From assembly GCA_015055975.1 (NCBI GenBank), contig SVHF01000004.1:5390-69389 (forward strand): DNA of 64,000 nucleotides, written 5' to 3'. Below, in pieces: positions 8,301 to 17,866 of this stretch (the stretch's first letter is position 1; each line of letters begins with the position of its first letter). The translations under genes were made by a program, and so were the position numbers. The notes under the pieces are model-generated. The model had not been told where the DNA came from and did no database searches. It saw only the letters and a program-made list of their open reading frames with translations. The DNA comes from Clostridiales bacterium (lineage in GTDB: Bacteria > Bacillota > Clostridia > Christensenellales > UBA3700).

Positions 8301-10097
8301 TTCTAAGCCAACTCCAATATCGCTTATATCTGTTTGATATACACCAGCATCCGTTTTTGCATATAAATCTACAAACACTATATCGTTAGAATCTGGCAAC
8401 AATCTATTTGTGTCATATTCTATTTGAGGTATTTGTTCTTCTCCGTTATATGTAACGCTTGATGATAATACTCTAATTTCAATATCTCTTTTTGTAATTC
8501 TTAAGGTGCCAAAATCAGTTTCTGTTATTTCATAATATGGAACAGATTCATCTTTTAACCATGCCTCATTTGGGGCACTTACATCCCACCCATCAAGTAT
8601 TGTTGTATCTAATTGTGGAAATTTTGATGATGGTAAAGAATTTGTGTTTAGAGGCGTTGGTATTGCTCCACCTGTATACAAAGGCATTCCATCATATTCT
8701 TTTGTTTGAGATGAAGTTTTCACTTTAATGTTTATTTTGTCGATTTGTATCGTTCCAGGCTTTATTGTCAATAAATAATTGCCACTTATTGATCCGTTTT
8801 GTTGCTTTACATAGAAATTCAATGGATTATCATAAGTACCTGGTATTACATATCCTAGATTTGCATATTTAACTAGATAATCTCCGCCATATAAAGTGCC
8901 TGCTAATATTTCATAGCTATCTACAGCAAGCGCATTATTATCAAATACTTTAGAAGCTGACCCTGTCTTTATAATAATTTCTTGTTCTTCAACTTTTAAT
9001 TGGCCATAATTAACTGTTATAGAATAGTTGTTCAAATTAGTATTTGCATTAGCGCTCACTTGCATATAGTTATATGTTGTTCCAACATTTGTAATTGAAG
9101 CAAAATTGCTAAATATAAAACCTTCGCCACTTGGGATTAGAGATTCATCATACAAAACAGTTTCATTTGTTAAAGGTTGAGAATCATAAACTTTTGTAGC
9201 ATTTTTTGTTTTAAATTCAATATTTATCTTCGCTATATCAACATATCCAAAAGTAAATGTTGGATTGTAATATCTATAAGTTACATCTTCGCCATCTTTA
9301 TTAACGATTTTAGATTCTGAATTGTTTGTAAATCTGCCAGCCGTTAATCCAAATGACTTTGGAGTTACTACAACTTTGTCACCATATCCAAGTTTCCCAG
9401 AGGTTATTCTAGCTTTATCTAATACTTCTTCTTTACCATCATAGGTTTTTGATAAATCATCCGTTTTTATCGTTATGTTTTGCTTTGTATAATTAATTTG
9501 CTTACTTTCTACGATAATGTTATACGCGTTTTTAACGTCTTTTCCTTCGCTATTTAATATCTGTAGCGTGTCAAGATCAGGTGTCATATTGATTGTTTTA
9601 TCATCAATATAATCTACGTCATATTGTTCACAGATAAGTCTGTCTTTGAAAGATAATTCTGCATTCAAATAAATGCTATTTCCATAAACTATTGAATCGT
9701 TCTTTATTGTGATGTATAAGTCTTTTTTCTTAATAACCACTTTTGATGCTTTACTATATTCTTTTGCACCAAAAGATCTATTAGATACAGCTCTTATTTC
9801 ATATTCACCTGGTGTTTGAGGTAGACCTTCTTGCCATTGCCCATTTAATGTATGATATTCATAATTTGTCTTATTAAATATACTCTTTGCAAAAAATCCT
9901 ACATCTTCACCATATGTATATTCTGCCTTATTAAGTTCTACATCTGTAATTAGACCATTGATTCCTAAGAACACTGAAACAATTGTAAGAGCGACGATAA
10001 GGCATGCGATTATTAATAATCTATGTTTGATTATTGATGCTTTAATCGATGCTAGCGTTTCTAAACGCTTCTTATAAGAATCGTATGTCATTCCCAT
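5313..10097 (-). CDS. giant (1594 aa) membrane-anchored surface protein: repeat array, transglutaminase-like Cys-His-Asp core, Ig-like C-terminal stalk
   Basis: - One N-terminal TM helix.
- About 10 repeats with a K-x-YDG-x-PL-type signature (TKVYDSQPL, SKVFDNNAL, TKEYDGMPL, EKIYDGEPL).
- Transglutaminase core EGVCRHYATAATMLYRALGIPARF...NLHAWVEVY...GWVMVEVT.
- Gly/Ser/Glu linkers.
- TAATG overlap with the upstream gene. Confidence 0.85.
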   Translation of the reverse strand: MGMTYDSYKKRLETLASIKASIIKHRLLIIACLIVALTIVSVFLGINGLITDVELNKAEYTYGEDVGFFAKSIFNKTNYEYHTLNGQWQEGLPQTPGEYEIRAVSNRSFGAKEYSKASKVVIKKKDLYITIKNDSIVYGNSIYLNAELSFKDRLICEQYDVDYIDDKTINMTPDLDTLQILNSEGKDVKNAYNIIVESKQINYTKQNITIKTDDLSKTYDGKEEVLDKARITSGKLGYGDKVVVTPKSFGLTAGRFTNNSESKIVNKDGEDVTYRYYNPTFTFGYVDIAKINIEFKTKNATKVYDSQPLTNETVLYDESLIPSGEGFIFSNFASITNVGTTYNYMQVSANANTNLNNYSITVNYGQLKVEEQEIIIKTGSASKVFDNNALAVDSYEILAGTLYGGDYLVKYANLGYVIPGTYDNPLNFYVKQQNGSISGNYLLTIKPGTIQIDKINIKVKTSSQTKEYDGMPLYTGGAIPTPLNTNSLPSSKFPQLDTTILDGWDVSAPNEAWLKDESVPYYEITETDFGTLRITKRDIEIRVLSSSVTYNGEEQIPQIEYDTNRLLPDSNDIVFVDLYAKTDAGVYQTDISDIGVGLEIRAGGSRYYVYQDYYNIIVPQEYSKATFTINKKALNLSLLSFNGDYDGLKHSPAFSTSGLCTDHILRDVVFDNYQTRVGACQSKIISLRISSIFDDTKDFTANYDLGLDALSPVEVRVNVKTIVITPIHEEIIYDRQYHQPSKDYQITNGKSLAQEDRIVVSQVYGSFRDIGTYKTWIQAADIYAGDTITPNRDCYNLVFGEDYKEDFVINKRPIVISPQYVEAQFDKQEHKPTDIDILGSGLLEGDHVVNVTIDGSRTEIGETESSISSIIDILDANNVSVKDVYNITYAKSAIKIIPRVLKIITGSKEKIYDGEPLKYDHYRLDTSVFENPVFEGDIVEVTVIGQRTNIGQSPNHAVVRAYFANPSYYTVTFEVGTLTVVDPAGGGGEGEGYGDEPLIIAAVQSSEVGAFYLKSYSYSQYQGRVFDIINPESIVLDGSHTQEYITGTNLKNIEAQANSMIINSFTYMPFRPYYLSTDTEHLMDGDLIDLEQSVDGYSFSHFITQTDVAIRLDNHLTGVLANNEVIYRDYVNANFLTLEEGRLKTYLNSIIVENGFTKEDPAIISKVAKFIQSSAKYNMDYDKSLDSESDVVIAFLRDYKEGVCRHYATAATMLYRALGIPARFIGGAYVYIDEANKITTITDKNLHAWVEVYIEGVGWVMVEVTAPDGRGSGGAGGSGSGSGGEGGESGEGGEAGEGEIVPGNHAGIKDYYSVKNLYIHPVRTYAKYNGTELVAKNEVETESGHGLFEMLLSQGYTYSCEVYGKRTEVGTSESEIRSFRLFNKKGEDVTEKYNIITSKGEVIVTSKDIIELMVYASSRSYNGQKYEVDYYYYNYNYEIVAATKPSNVYRVELIDTLETLNAGIVYGRDLEQNAHWIVKNYSNQDVTNNYVVFIKGIALQTNPKVITITTNSFKQIVGDEIVGRYANVTQGYLQNGDRIECTFKEIQVTIGEPAYNEIEELKIIDSNNQDVTMNYSIRLIMGTIEFVEHKTTPI

Positions 10098-12271
10098 TAA
10101 TACACTCTCAATGTTCCAGAATATGTCGTGATATTAAAGTTTGCAGTAATATCATTTCCATCTGAATCTTTTATTATTACGTTTTGTATATAATTTTCAG
10201 CCACACCCTTGTTTGTCAATATCGCTGGCATTTCTACTTCAACATCAAGACCTAAAATTTCCGTATCAATTGAATATTCATGACACTCAAGTGGTTCTCC
10301 ATTATATGCTTTTTGTGCAGATCCTGCCGTTATATACATATAAGCTCTATCGATAGTAATAACCCCGAAGTTATAATCTATCTCATAGTTTTGTGTGACA
10401 TCTTTGCCGTTTCTTGTAACTGTTACTAGATAATAATTAACGTATGTTCCAGCATTTTTAAATGTTGAGAAATCTAATGTAAATACATCGTTTGAGTTCC
10501 TTGCGCCAGAAATTGTGTAGTCATCAAAGGTGTATTCTTCATTTGTGTATTCAACCAGCTTGCTTGAACTTGAAATGCTTATTAAATATTCATAAACATG
10601 TAAATAGCCAAATTTTGATTCATCTATACCATATTGATCAGTTACGTCTTTTCCTGTGTTATCTTCAATTATTGGATAAATCATATTCTTGACATATCCA
10701 TATTCTGTAATTGTTCCAACGTAATCATATCCAACAACTGAGTGGAATGATTGTAAATCGCCTAAAACTTGAACTGACGTTCCTTTACCTGTTAGAGGAG
10801 TTCCATCACCTTTTTTAGATTTGTTTTCTGTAACAATGGTAAGTTCCGTCCAAACCTGTTTAAATAATCCATCCCCTAATGAAAAATCGAATCTTGATGT
10901 TATATCTACATCATTTTCATCAAATATTCTAAATTCTTGTATTTTAGTTGCACCTGCACTTCCAAGTGCTGTTTCTTCAGAATTATGGTATTGGAAAGTT
11001 ATATAACTTCCATTTTTTTGTGCATATCCATAGACTTTTGCTGTGTAATAATAGCCTTTTTCGTATATTTGCTCAATAGTAGTTCCGCTCAAGAATCCAC
11101 CATTTCTAGAATCAAGTAAGACTCCTTCAACTTTTGTGTTTAAAGGATAATAATAACCATCCGCGCCATCTCTTGGCACATATGAATCAAATGGCACTAT
11201 TTCATTTGTTTGCTTTTGTTTATCATCGCTTTTGTTTGGAGTTGTCATTGTAGGATCTATTGGGACCCAGCCAACTCCATCTACATATACTTCAACCCAG
11301 GCATGCGCATCACCACCTGTTACTTCCACTTCTACATTTGCAGCTACTTCTGCACAATATCCTTCAACTCTTCTTGCAGGAATACCTAAAGTTCTATATA
11401 GCAACACAGCCGATGATGCAAAGTGTTGACAAATACCTTCTTTATATTTAGTTAAAAAGGCAACTATAACATCGCTTTCTTTGTTCATTGCAGGATTGAA
11501 GTTTAGATTATATTCTGCTTGATTTGATATATATGTACTGACTTTTTTATATATTCCATCTGTATTTTTTGACCAACCTTGCTCACGAATTATTTGTCTC
11601 ATAAGCGTTATTGTTGATTCAGGAACGTTAATATAGTTTGCATAAACAAATTCTCTATAGGCTTGTTCTTCTTGAACATGCTCTGTTCTTGAAGAAGACC
11701 CATATAAGGCTTTTAGCGAATCTGCAGTAAACTTTCCTGCTCCATAATATTTCATAGCGTATGTATCACTTACTGAACCAATAGATTCTATATCGCTCTT
11801 TTGAATAGATTTAGCTTCACTATTTATTGAATGATAATATGGGACTAAATAATCTTTTCTAACAGGCGTAATTGTCATGTCATATTCACTTGCGCCATGT
11901 AAAGAACAATATATTGAAGTTAGATAGTCCATTGAATATTGACCATCTAATAATCCATCATATTTTTTAGGTGTTCTCCATTTGTTATTTAAAATATCTC
12001 CAAAAGCAAAGCTCTTTAAATAAATAAGACCATTTGATGTAGCTGTTACTCTATAGGCAACGGATTCATCTTTTTCTGCTCCATTTATATCATTGAATTC
12101 GCCAGATCTATCTAATGCGTCAATTAAATCGTTGGCGCCAGCTTTTTTTGTACCTTCGCCAAAATTAACAAAGAAGCGAATCATAAATCCTGCAAGAAGT
12201 ATGATAAGTAGTATAACTACTGCACCATAAATACTTATTAGATTATTATTCCCCTTCTTTTGTTTTTCCAT
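10097..12271 (-). CDS. membrane-anchored transglutaminase-like protein (724 aa) with C-terminal Ig-like repeats
   Basis: N-terminal TM helix. Core EGICQHFASSAVLLYRTLGIPARR...DAHAWVEVYVDGVGWVPIDPT. The pre-core region is paralogous to residues ~960-1260 of the 1594-aa protein. Confidence 0.85.
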   Translation of the reverse strand: MEKQKKGNNNLISIYGAVVILLIILLAGFMIRFFVNFGEGTKKAGANDLIDALDRSGEFNDINGAEKDESVAYRVTATSNGLIYLKSFAFGDILNNKWRTPKKYDGLLDGQYSMDYLTSIYCSLHGASEYDMTITPVRKDYLVPYYHSINSEAKSIQKSDIESIGSVSDTYAMKYYGAGKFTADSLKALYGSSSRTEHVQEEQAYREFVYANYINVPESTITLMRQIIREQGWSKNTDGIYKKVSTYISNQAEYNLNFNPAMNKESDVIVAFLTKYKEGICQHFASSAVLLYRTLGIPARRVEGYCAEVAANVEVEVTGGDAHAWVEVYVDGVGWVPIDPTMTTPNKSDDKQKQTNEIVPFDSYVPRDGADGYYYPLNTKVEGVLLDSRNGGFLSGTTIEQIYEKGYYYTAKVYGYAQKNGSYITFQYHNSEETALGSAGATKIQEFRIFDENDVDITSRFDFSLGDGLFKQVWTELTIVTENKSKKGDGTPLTGKGTSVQVLGDLQSFHSVVGYDYVGTITEYGYVKNMIYPIIEDNTGKDVTDQYGIDESKFGYLHVYEYLISISSSSKLVEYTNEEYTFDDYTISGARNSNDVFTLDFSTFKNAGTYVNYYLVTVTRNGKDVTQNYEIDYNFGVITIDRAYMYITAGSAQKAYNGEPLECHEYSIDTEILGLDVEVEMPAILTNKGVAENYIQNVIIKDSDGNDITANFNITTYSGTLRVY

Positions 12272-13356
12272 TATGCGTTATTAACAATGTTTCTAATGTA
12301 TTGCTTGCATCTTGGCATTGCTTCGTCTCCAAATAGCTCGTTTAATTTGTCTACTAACCCATCTGCTCCATTTTTTACATAGATTGGGTTCTTCATCTCT
12401 AACTTTCTTAATATCTTCTTAGATAACATATCATCTAGCGCATCTAACTCTTCTCCACCACATCCTATATAGATTGGTACATACTTGTTTATTTGCATCA
12501 TTATTCTGTTACCAAATGTAACTTGGAAATGCTTCGTTAGATAATCGTCTAATTCCTTTAACTTTGCTTTGTTTCTCTCTGTTAGAGAATTTTCTTGTTG
12601 TGCATTAGATATTAATCTATCGAAATCCTTTGCACTTAAATGTATGTTTTGTGTGTTTTGTCCTTTAAATGGTTCACACTTGTTATCTAAGTTCAATATC
12701 ATGGCTCTATCGTATACCTTGTCGGATATAGCAAATGTAGAATCATCGTTGTTTGCTGTTCCAATAAACCACATGTTTGTTGGTAATTGAATTTGTCCAT
12801 CTTTTAGATTGCTTGGGTCTGTTCCCCATTTGTCTGAAACTACTTCCATGAATCTTTCATCTGATCTTGGCAATTCCAATAAAGATAAGAATTCAGCAAA
12901 ATAATATTCAACTCTTGCAATGTTCATTTCATCTAACACAGTTATATAGATATCTTCTGAATAATTTGCTTCATACATCTTCTTTAGAAGTGCTGTTTCA
13001 TTAAAGTGCTTTGTGAATTCATTGTAGTATCCAATTAAGTCTGTTCTTTCCTTCCACATAGGTTGAATTGGTATAACTGTTGATGGATTCTCTACAAATC
13101 TTCCAAATGCATATGCAAGTGATGTCTTACCCGTACCACTCATACCTTGAAGTATCATGATGTGTGAAACTCCAAGTCCTGCTATGAATGCTCTTATGTC
13201 TTCTTCTCTATAGAACAAGCCTAATTCATTTGCTGCATAGTTTCTAAAATCATCGCAAAACATCTTTAAGGTGATGTTGTTTATGTAATCTTCTTTTGAA
13301 TACGTATCCTTCTTTTTGTCTATTTGCTTTAAAATACTAAACCTTGTGTCTGTTGT
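12269..13356. repeat. copy 1 of a 1,088-bp direct repeat (partner at 15209-16296)
   Basis: A line-by-line comparison at an offset of 2,940 nt finds only two differences (12307 G vs A, 13342 C vs T). Confidence 0.95.
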
Positions 13357-13668
13357 TATCTTCTTTGGATTTAAAGTAGATTGAGGAACACCTATTTCTC
13401 CGTGTCTTCTTTCATATCTATAAATTAGATTGCTTTGTTTTCTAACTTTCTTATATACGACAATGATTAAAATAGCTAAGAAAATTGGAACGCCAATAAG
13501 CATTGCAATTAGATATGCAAAGTCTATTATGTTTTGATCGATGATATATTGTTTAATCTCGTCCATTTTGGCAACTAAAACAACTTCTAAAACGAAAACC
13601 AAAATCGCAATGATTATTGCAATGATAAGGACTAACTTAATTGGGTCAAATTGCTTACTTTTCTTCAT
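12271..13668 (-). CDS. membrane-anchored AAA+ ATPase, McrB/MoxR-like (paralog 1)
   Basis: - Start trimmed to the ATG at 13668, with a GGGGAGAAG RBS.
- Two N-terminal TM helices.
- Walker A GMSGTGKT and Walker B VLDEMNIARVEYYFAEFLSLLE.
- FIGTANNDDSTFAISDKVYDRA, which matches the McrB-type layout. Confidence 0.8.
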   Translation of the reverse strand: MKKSKQFDPIKLVLIIAIIIAILVFVLEVVLVAKMDEIKQYIIDQNIIDFAYLIAMLIGVPIFLAILIIVVYKKVRKQSNLIYRYERRHGEIGVPQSTLNPKKITTDTRFSILKQIDKKKDTYSKEDYINNITLKMFCDDFRNYAANELGLFYREEDIRAFIAGLGVSHIMILQGMSGTGKTSLAYAFGRFVENPSTVIPIQPMWKERTDLIGYYNEFTKHFNETALLKKMYEANYSEDIYITVLDEMNIARVEYYFAEFLSLLELPRSDERFMEVVSDKWGTDPSNLKDGQIQLPTNMWFIGTANNDDSTFAISDKVYDRAMILNLDNKCEPFKGQNTQNIHLSAKDFDRLISNAQQENSLTERNKAKLKELDDYLTKHFQVTFGNRIMMQINKYVPIYIGCGGEELDALDDMLSKKILRKLEMKNPIYVKNGADGLVDKLNELFGDEAMPRCKQYIRNIVNNA

Positions 13669-15211
13669 CTTTCTTCTCCCCAAATAGTATTTCTTTCTTT
13701 AGACGCTTTTTAGTCTTCTTCCAAGCCATCTTATAGTAGTCGCCAACTATTTTGTATTCCTTCTCTATTAACTTAAACTTATCTTCGTCTGTATAATCCT
13801 TTTCTTTCACAGCTAATCCAAGCTTTGTTCTAAAAGCATTGTTTTGAGTCATCAATTGATCTTTTTCTTTAGTATTTTCTTCAAGCTTTTGATTTAGCGA
13901 TGCAATATTTTCTTCAAGCTCTTGAATCTTGCTTTCTAAATCTTCCTTTTCGAATGTCATTACATCAATTTCATCTGCGTGTGCTTTGTCTTTTTTAGCC
14001 ATTGATTCAAGATATTCTCTTTCTTTAGCTTTAGCCCCATCTTTTAAACTTACAATCTCGCCCTTTAGAGAATCTATCTTTTCTGTTTGTTTTGCAGCTA
14101 AACTATTTGCAGACTTTAGAGCAACTTCTTTTGCTTCTAATTGCTCAATTCTTTCATTTAGTGAAACTAAATATTCATCAAGGCTCTTTCCGCTTAGTTT
14201 TGCCTTGCTCTTTAGGTATTCAAGTCTTTCTTTTAATTCTTCTGCTCTTTGCTCTTCTTCAAGCTTTAATTGCTTTTCAAGCTCTAATTGCAATCCTTCT
14301 TTTAAATCTAACGAGTGCATTTGCATCATAAATAACAATAAAAGCACTGCGTTATTTATATCGTCTTCTGCGCTTGCATCTAATTGCTTTTCAAAAGCTT
14401 CTCTTGTTATGGTGTATCCTGGTGCTGTATATGATGAGATATATTCATATAAAGCTAGTGCATATTTAAAGTTTGTTTCCATCTTTAAGACATTTGTCTT
14501 TGTGATTGGTGGCTTTATCATAGGCACTTTTGAAACTTCAACCATGAGTGGCGTAGATAGCAATTTCAAAATAGCATTTAAAACATCTTCAATTCTTTCA
14601 ACAACTTTTGCATTGTCGCTATCTTTAGATAAAGACATGTTCTCATCTTCAATGTTTAGTGTATATTTGATATTTCTTTGCTTTGTCTTATATGTCGATG
14701 CAACATCTAAAACTGTATAGTACTTTCCAGATGATTGAGTGATTTTGTTATATCTTTCTGTTGTGAAGTCTCTAAGATAAGTTAAAAGAAGATATAGGAA
14801 TCTATTTTCATAAACTGCATAATCACTTAGCTTTTCAACTGTATAAATCTTTTCTGGTTTTACTTGATCAGTTTCTTCGTCAACTTCCTTAATTAAAGAT
14901 GCATGCTTTGCTAAATGGCTAATTGATTCTTTAGAAATGCTCTTAGTCTTTTCAATTAATACTACTTCCCCATTAGTTCTAATGAATTGTCTTTCTTGAG
15001 AAATTGCCTTTTCAATGTATTTTAGATTATTCTCAATTTCACTTATCCAATCTTCACTAACTTCGCATTTAACCTTTTCAATTGTTAATCTTGCCTTCTT
15101 ATTTGATCCAAGCGTTCTAATTTGGCGTAGAAAATCTTGGATGCCCTTATCTGAAAGCGCAATTTTCTTATATTCTATAAACGCTCTATAGTAATAATCG
15201 TTTGTCTTCAT
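13655..15211 (-). CDS. 518-aa protein: globular N-terminal domain plus a long K/E/L-rich coiled coil
   Basis: The ORF sits between the two AAA+ paralogs, with overlapping start and stop codons on both sides. The N-terminal domain contains AVYENRFLYLLLTYLRDF. The C-terminal ~200 aa are heptad-like. Confidence 0.75.
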   Translation of the reverse strand: MKTNDYYYRAFIEYKKIALSDKGIQDFLRQIRTLGSNKKARLTIEKVKCEVSEDWISEIENNLKYIEKAISQERQFIRTNGEVVLIEKTKSISKESISHLAKHASLIKEVDEETDQVKPEKIYTVEKLSDYAVYENRFLYLLLTYLRDFTTERYNKITQSSGKYYTVLDVASTYKTKQRNIKYTLNIEDENMSLSKDSDNAKVVERIEDVLNAILKLLSTPLMVEVSKVPMIKPPITKTNVLKMETNFKYALALYEYISSYTAPGYTITREAFEKQLDASAEDDINNAVLLLLFMMQMHSLDLKEGLQLELEKQLKLEEEQRAEELKERLEYLKSKAKLSGKSLDEYLVSLNERIEQLEAKEVALKSANSLAAKQTEKIDSLKGEIVSLKDGAKAKEREYLESMAKKDKAHADEIDVMTFEKEDLESKIQELEENIASLNQKLEENTKEKDQLMTQNNAFRTKLGLAVKEKDYTDEDKFKLIEKEYKIVGDYYKMAWKKTKKRLKKEILFGEKKDEEK

Positions 15212-16296
15212 TATGCGTTATTAACAATGTTTCTAATGTATTGCTTACATCTTGGCATTGCTTCGTCTCCAAATAGCTCGTTTAATTTGTCTACTAACCC
15301 ATCTGCTCCATTTTTTACATAGATTGGGTTCTTCATCTCTAACTTTCTTAATATCTTCTTAGATAACATATCATCTAGCGCATCTAACTCTTCTCCACCA
15401 CATCCTATATAGATTGGTACATACTTGTTTATTTGCATCATTATTCTGTTACCAAATGTAACTTGGAAATGCTTCGTTAGATAATCGTCTAATTCCTTTA
15501 ACTTTGCTTTGTTTCTCTCTGTTAGAGAATTTTCTTGTTGTGCATTAGATATTAATCTATCGAAATCCTTTGCACTTAAATGTATGTTTTGTGTGTTTTG
15601 TCCTTTAAATGGTTCACACTTGTTATCTAAGTTCAATATCATGGCTCTATCGTATACCTTGTCGGATATAGCAAATGTAGAATCATCGTTGTTTGCTGTT
15701 CCAATAAACCACATGTTTGTTGGTAATTGAATTTGTCCATCTTTTAGATTGCTTGGGTCTGTTCCCCATTTGTCTGAAACTACTTCCATGAATCTTTCAT
15801 CTGATCTTGGCAATTCCAATAAAGATAAGAATTCAGCAAAATAATATTCAACTCTTGCAATGTTCATTTCATCTAACACAGTTATATAGATATCTTCTGA
15901 ATAATTTGCTTCATACATCTTCTTTAGAAGTGCTGTTTCATTAAAGTGCTTTGTGAATTCATTGTAGTATCCAATTAAGTCTGTTCTTTCCTTCCACATA
16001 GGTTGAATTGGTATAACTGTTGATGGATTCTCTACAAATCTTCCAAATGCATATGCAAGTGATGTCTTACCCGTACCACTCATACCTTGAAGTATCATGA
16101 TGTGTGAAACTCCAAGTCCTGCTATGAATGCTCTTATGTCTTCTTCTCTATAGAACAAGCCTAATTCATTTGCTGCATAGTTTCTAAAATCATCGCAAAA
16201 CATCTTTAAGGTGATGTTGTTTATGTAATCTTCTTTTGAATACGTATCCTTCTTTTTGTCTATTTGCTTTAAAATACTAAATCTTGTGTCTGTTGT
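15209..16296. repeat. copy 2 of the 1,088-bp direct repeat (partner at 12269-13356)
   Basis: See copy 1. The two copies are about 99.8% identical. Confidence 0.95.
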
Positions 16297-16506
16297 AACT
16301 TTCTTTTCCTTTCCTTTAGCTAATGCTTTATCTGGTTCGAATTCAACAGCTATTTGAGATACGCTCTTTAAGTCTTTATTTTGTCTTGATTGAACAATAA
16401 GCAAAATAACCATTATTGTTATGAACGCAATAATTAACGTTGAATAAATAATAATTGCATATGTTGAAGTCAAGACGTTGACTAATATTTCTAAAAAATT
16501 ATCCAT
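15211..16506 (-). CDS. membrane-anchored AAA+ ATPase, McrB/MoxR-like (paralog 2)
   Basis: 431 aa with a GGAGG RBS. It has one N-terminal TM helix that differs from paralog 1. From TTDTRFSILKQ to the C-terminus the protein is identical to paralog 1. Confidence 0.8.
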   Translation of the reverse strand: MDNFLEILVNVLTSTYAIIIYSTLIIAFITIMVILLIVQSRQNKDLKSVSQIAVEFEPDKALAKGKEKKVTTDTRFSILKQIDKKKDTYSKEDYINNITLKMFCDDFRNYAANELGLFYREEDIRAFIAGLGVSHIMILQGMSGTGKTSLAYAFGRFVENPSTVIPIQPMWKERTDLIGYYNEFTKHFNETALLKKMYEANYSEDIYITVLDEMNIARVEYYFAEFLSLLELPRSDERFMEVVSDKWGTDPSNLKDGQIQLPTNMWFIGTANNDDSTFAISDKVYDRAMILNLDNKCEPFKGQNTQNIHLSAKDFDRLISNAQQENSLTERNKAKLKELDDYLTKHFQVTFGNRIMMQINKYVPIYIGCGGEELDALDDMLSKKILRKLEMKNPIYVKNGADGLVDKLNELFGDEAMPRCKQYIRNIVNNA

Positions 16507-17854
16507 CTATTTCCTCCAACTCTTCATTATCTATTTCATCGACTGGCGCATCTTCAACCTTGTCTTTGACTACTTCTTGTTCTTCATATACATAATCCAT
16601 TAAGACATTTGCTAAAGTTTCATTCTTGTTGCCAATCAATTGCTTTAACTTCTTTGTTGCATCCTTGTCTTTAGAGCTACTAATAATTGGGGCAATTAAT
16701 GGTAATATTCTTTGAGCTATAACAAGATTCTTAAATTCTGAAGAATCTATTCCAAATGAACCTAATAGTGTTATGTATCTTTCAATTTCGACATATTCTT
16801 TATTTGTAAGCTTACAATCGTTTTGAATTGCCATTAAGCTATCTATCGCTTTCCAATCTTCTTCGCTTAGCTTATATGAACCTTTCATAGAATCGATTCT
16901 ATATAAATAGTCATAAACAGCATCGCATGCTGGCAATTGCAAATCTGTTGATGTTGTCTTGCTAAAGGCAATATCTAAAATTGTTGATGCTCTTCTTAAT
17001 TCTTGTGAATAAGTCTTAACTGTTTCTAAGTTCTCAACAGCAACAAATACAATGTGAGATGGCACCATCAATGATTGGTGTCTGTATTTCAATTCAATAT
17101 CGTTGTATCTAATATTTAATACTGGAATTGCGTTTGCTAATATTTCTTGTTTTTCTGCGCTGAAATTCTTTAGAAGAATAATTCTCAATTCTTCTATTCC
17201 TAATTCTTGTTCTAATGCTTTAACTAAAGATTCAACATTGCTTATATCAACAAAATCTAATTCTTTAACTTCTAAAGATAGTGCAGTTAATGCTTTTATG
17301 GCTTTTGATCCTAAAGCAATATCTGATGTATTTATGGTAATGAATTTATTTGCAAATATTGAAGAAATAATATTGATTGCATCCTTTTCCTCAACTGCAA
17401 CGCCATTTGCTTTTAGACTAGAGATATAAGTATCTTTAATTTGGCTAAATTCAACATAATTTTTGATGATTACTGCATTCTTTCTTTCTCTCTTTGAAAC
17501 ATTAAATGCTGAATCAAAGAATTCATCAATTGCTTTTGAATTGCTCTTTTGGGCAAATCTTGATGTTGTAATTTCTATTTGTGCAATCTTATCTTTTGAA
17601 TGCTTTGCTACCTTTTTCCTCAACGCATGCGCTCCACATGCAAATACCATGAATAATATAAAACTTACAACAGCTAGAATTAAACAAGTAAATGCCCAAA
17701 CTGTAGATAAATCACCCTTTCCTGTTGCTAATTTGTCTATAGTTGGGATAAATAAAAATCCAAGTCCTGCAGCTAATAAGATAAATAAAGCTATCTTCCA
17801 ACCTTTATCGTAAGTTTTTAGAGGTGATCTTCTATAAGAAACATATGCTTTCAT
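16499..17854 (-). CDS. hypothetical membrane protein (451 aa; 2 N-terminal TM helices, cytoplasmic body, acidic tail)
   Basis: AGGAGG RBS and an 8-nt overlap with the downstream AAA+ gene. I recognise no motif. Confidence 0.7.
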   Translation of the reverse strand: MKAYVSYRRSPLKTYDKGWKIALFILLAAGLGFLFIPTIDKLATGKGDLSTVWAFTCLILAVVSFILFMVFACGAHALRKKVAKHSKDKIAQIEITTSRFAQKSNSKAIDEFFDSAFNVSKRERKNAVIIKNYVEFSQIKDTYISSLKANGVAVEEKDAINIISSIFANKFITINTSDIALGSKAIKALTALSLEVKELDFVDISNVESLVKALEQELGIEELRIILLKNFSAEKQEILANAIPVLNIRYNDIELKYRHQSLMVPSHIVFVAVENLETVKTYSQELRRASTILDIAFSKTTSTDLQLPACDAVYDYLYRIDSMKGSYKLSEEDWKAIDSLMAIQNDCKLTNKEYVEIERYITLLGSFGIDSSEFKNLVIAQRILPLIAPIISSSKDKDATKKLKQLIGNKNETLANVLMDYVYEEQEVVKDKVEDAPVDEIDNEELEEIDG

Positions 17855-17866
17855 ACTTTATACCTC

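Noticed and set aside
5878-8728. Several 60-110-aa plus-strand ORFs inside the 1594-aa gene; likewise 10492..11451 inside the 724-aa gene and 17103..17813 inside the 451-aa gene
   Set aside because: They are shadow ORFs on the opposite strand of long, coupled genes. I found no start signals.
13929-14720. 263-aa plus-strand ORF (also 14092..14331)
   Set aside because: It is antisense to the K/E/L-rich coiled-coil gene. Its Ser/Phe/Leu-rich low-complexity product is the mirror image of the heptad codons. It has no RBS, and the minus-strand gene is translationally coupled to both of its neighbours.
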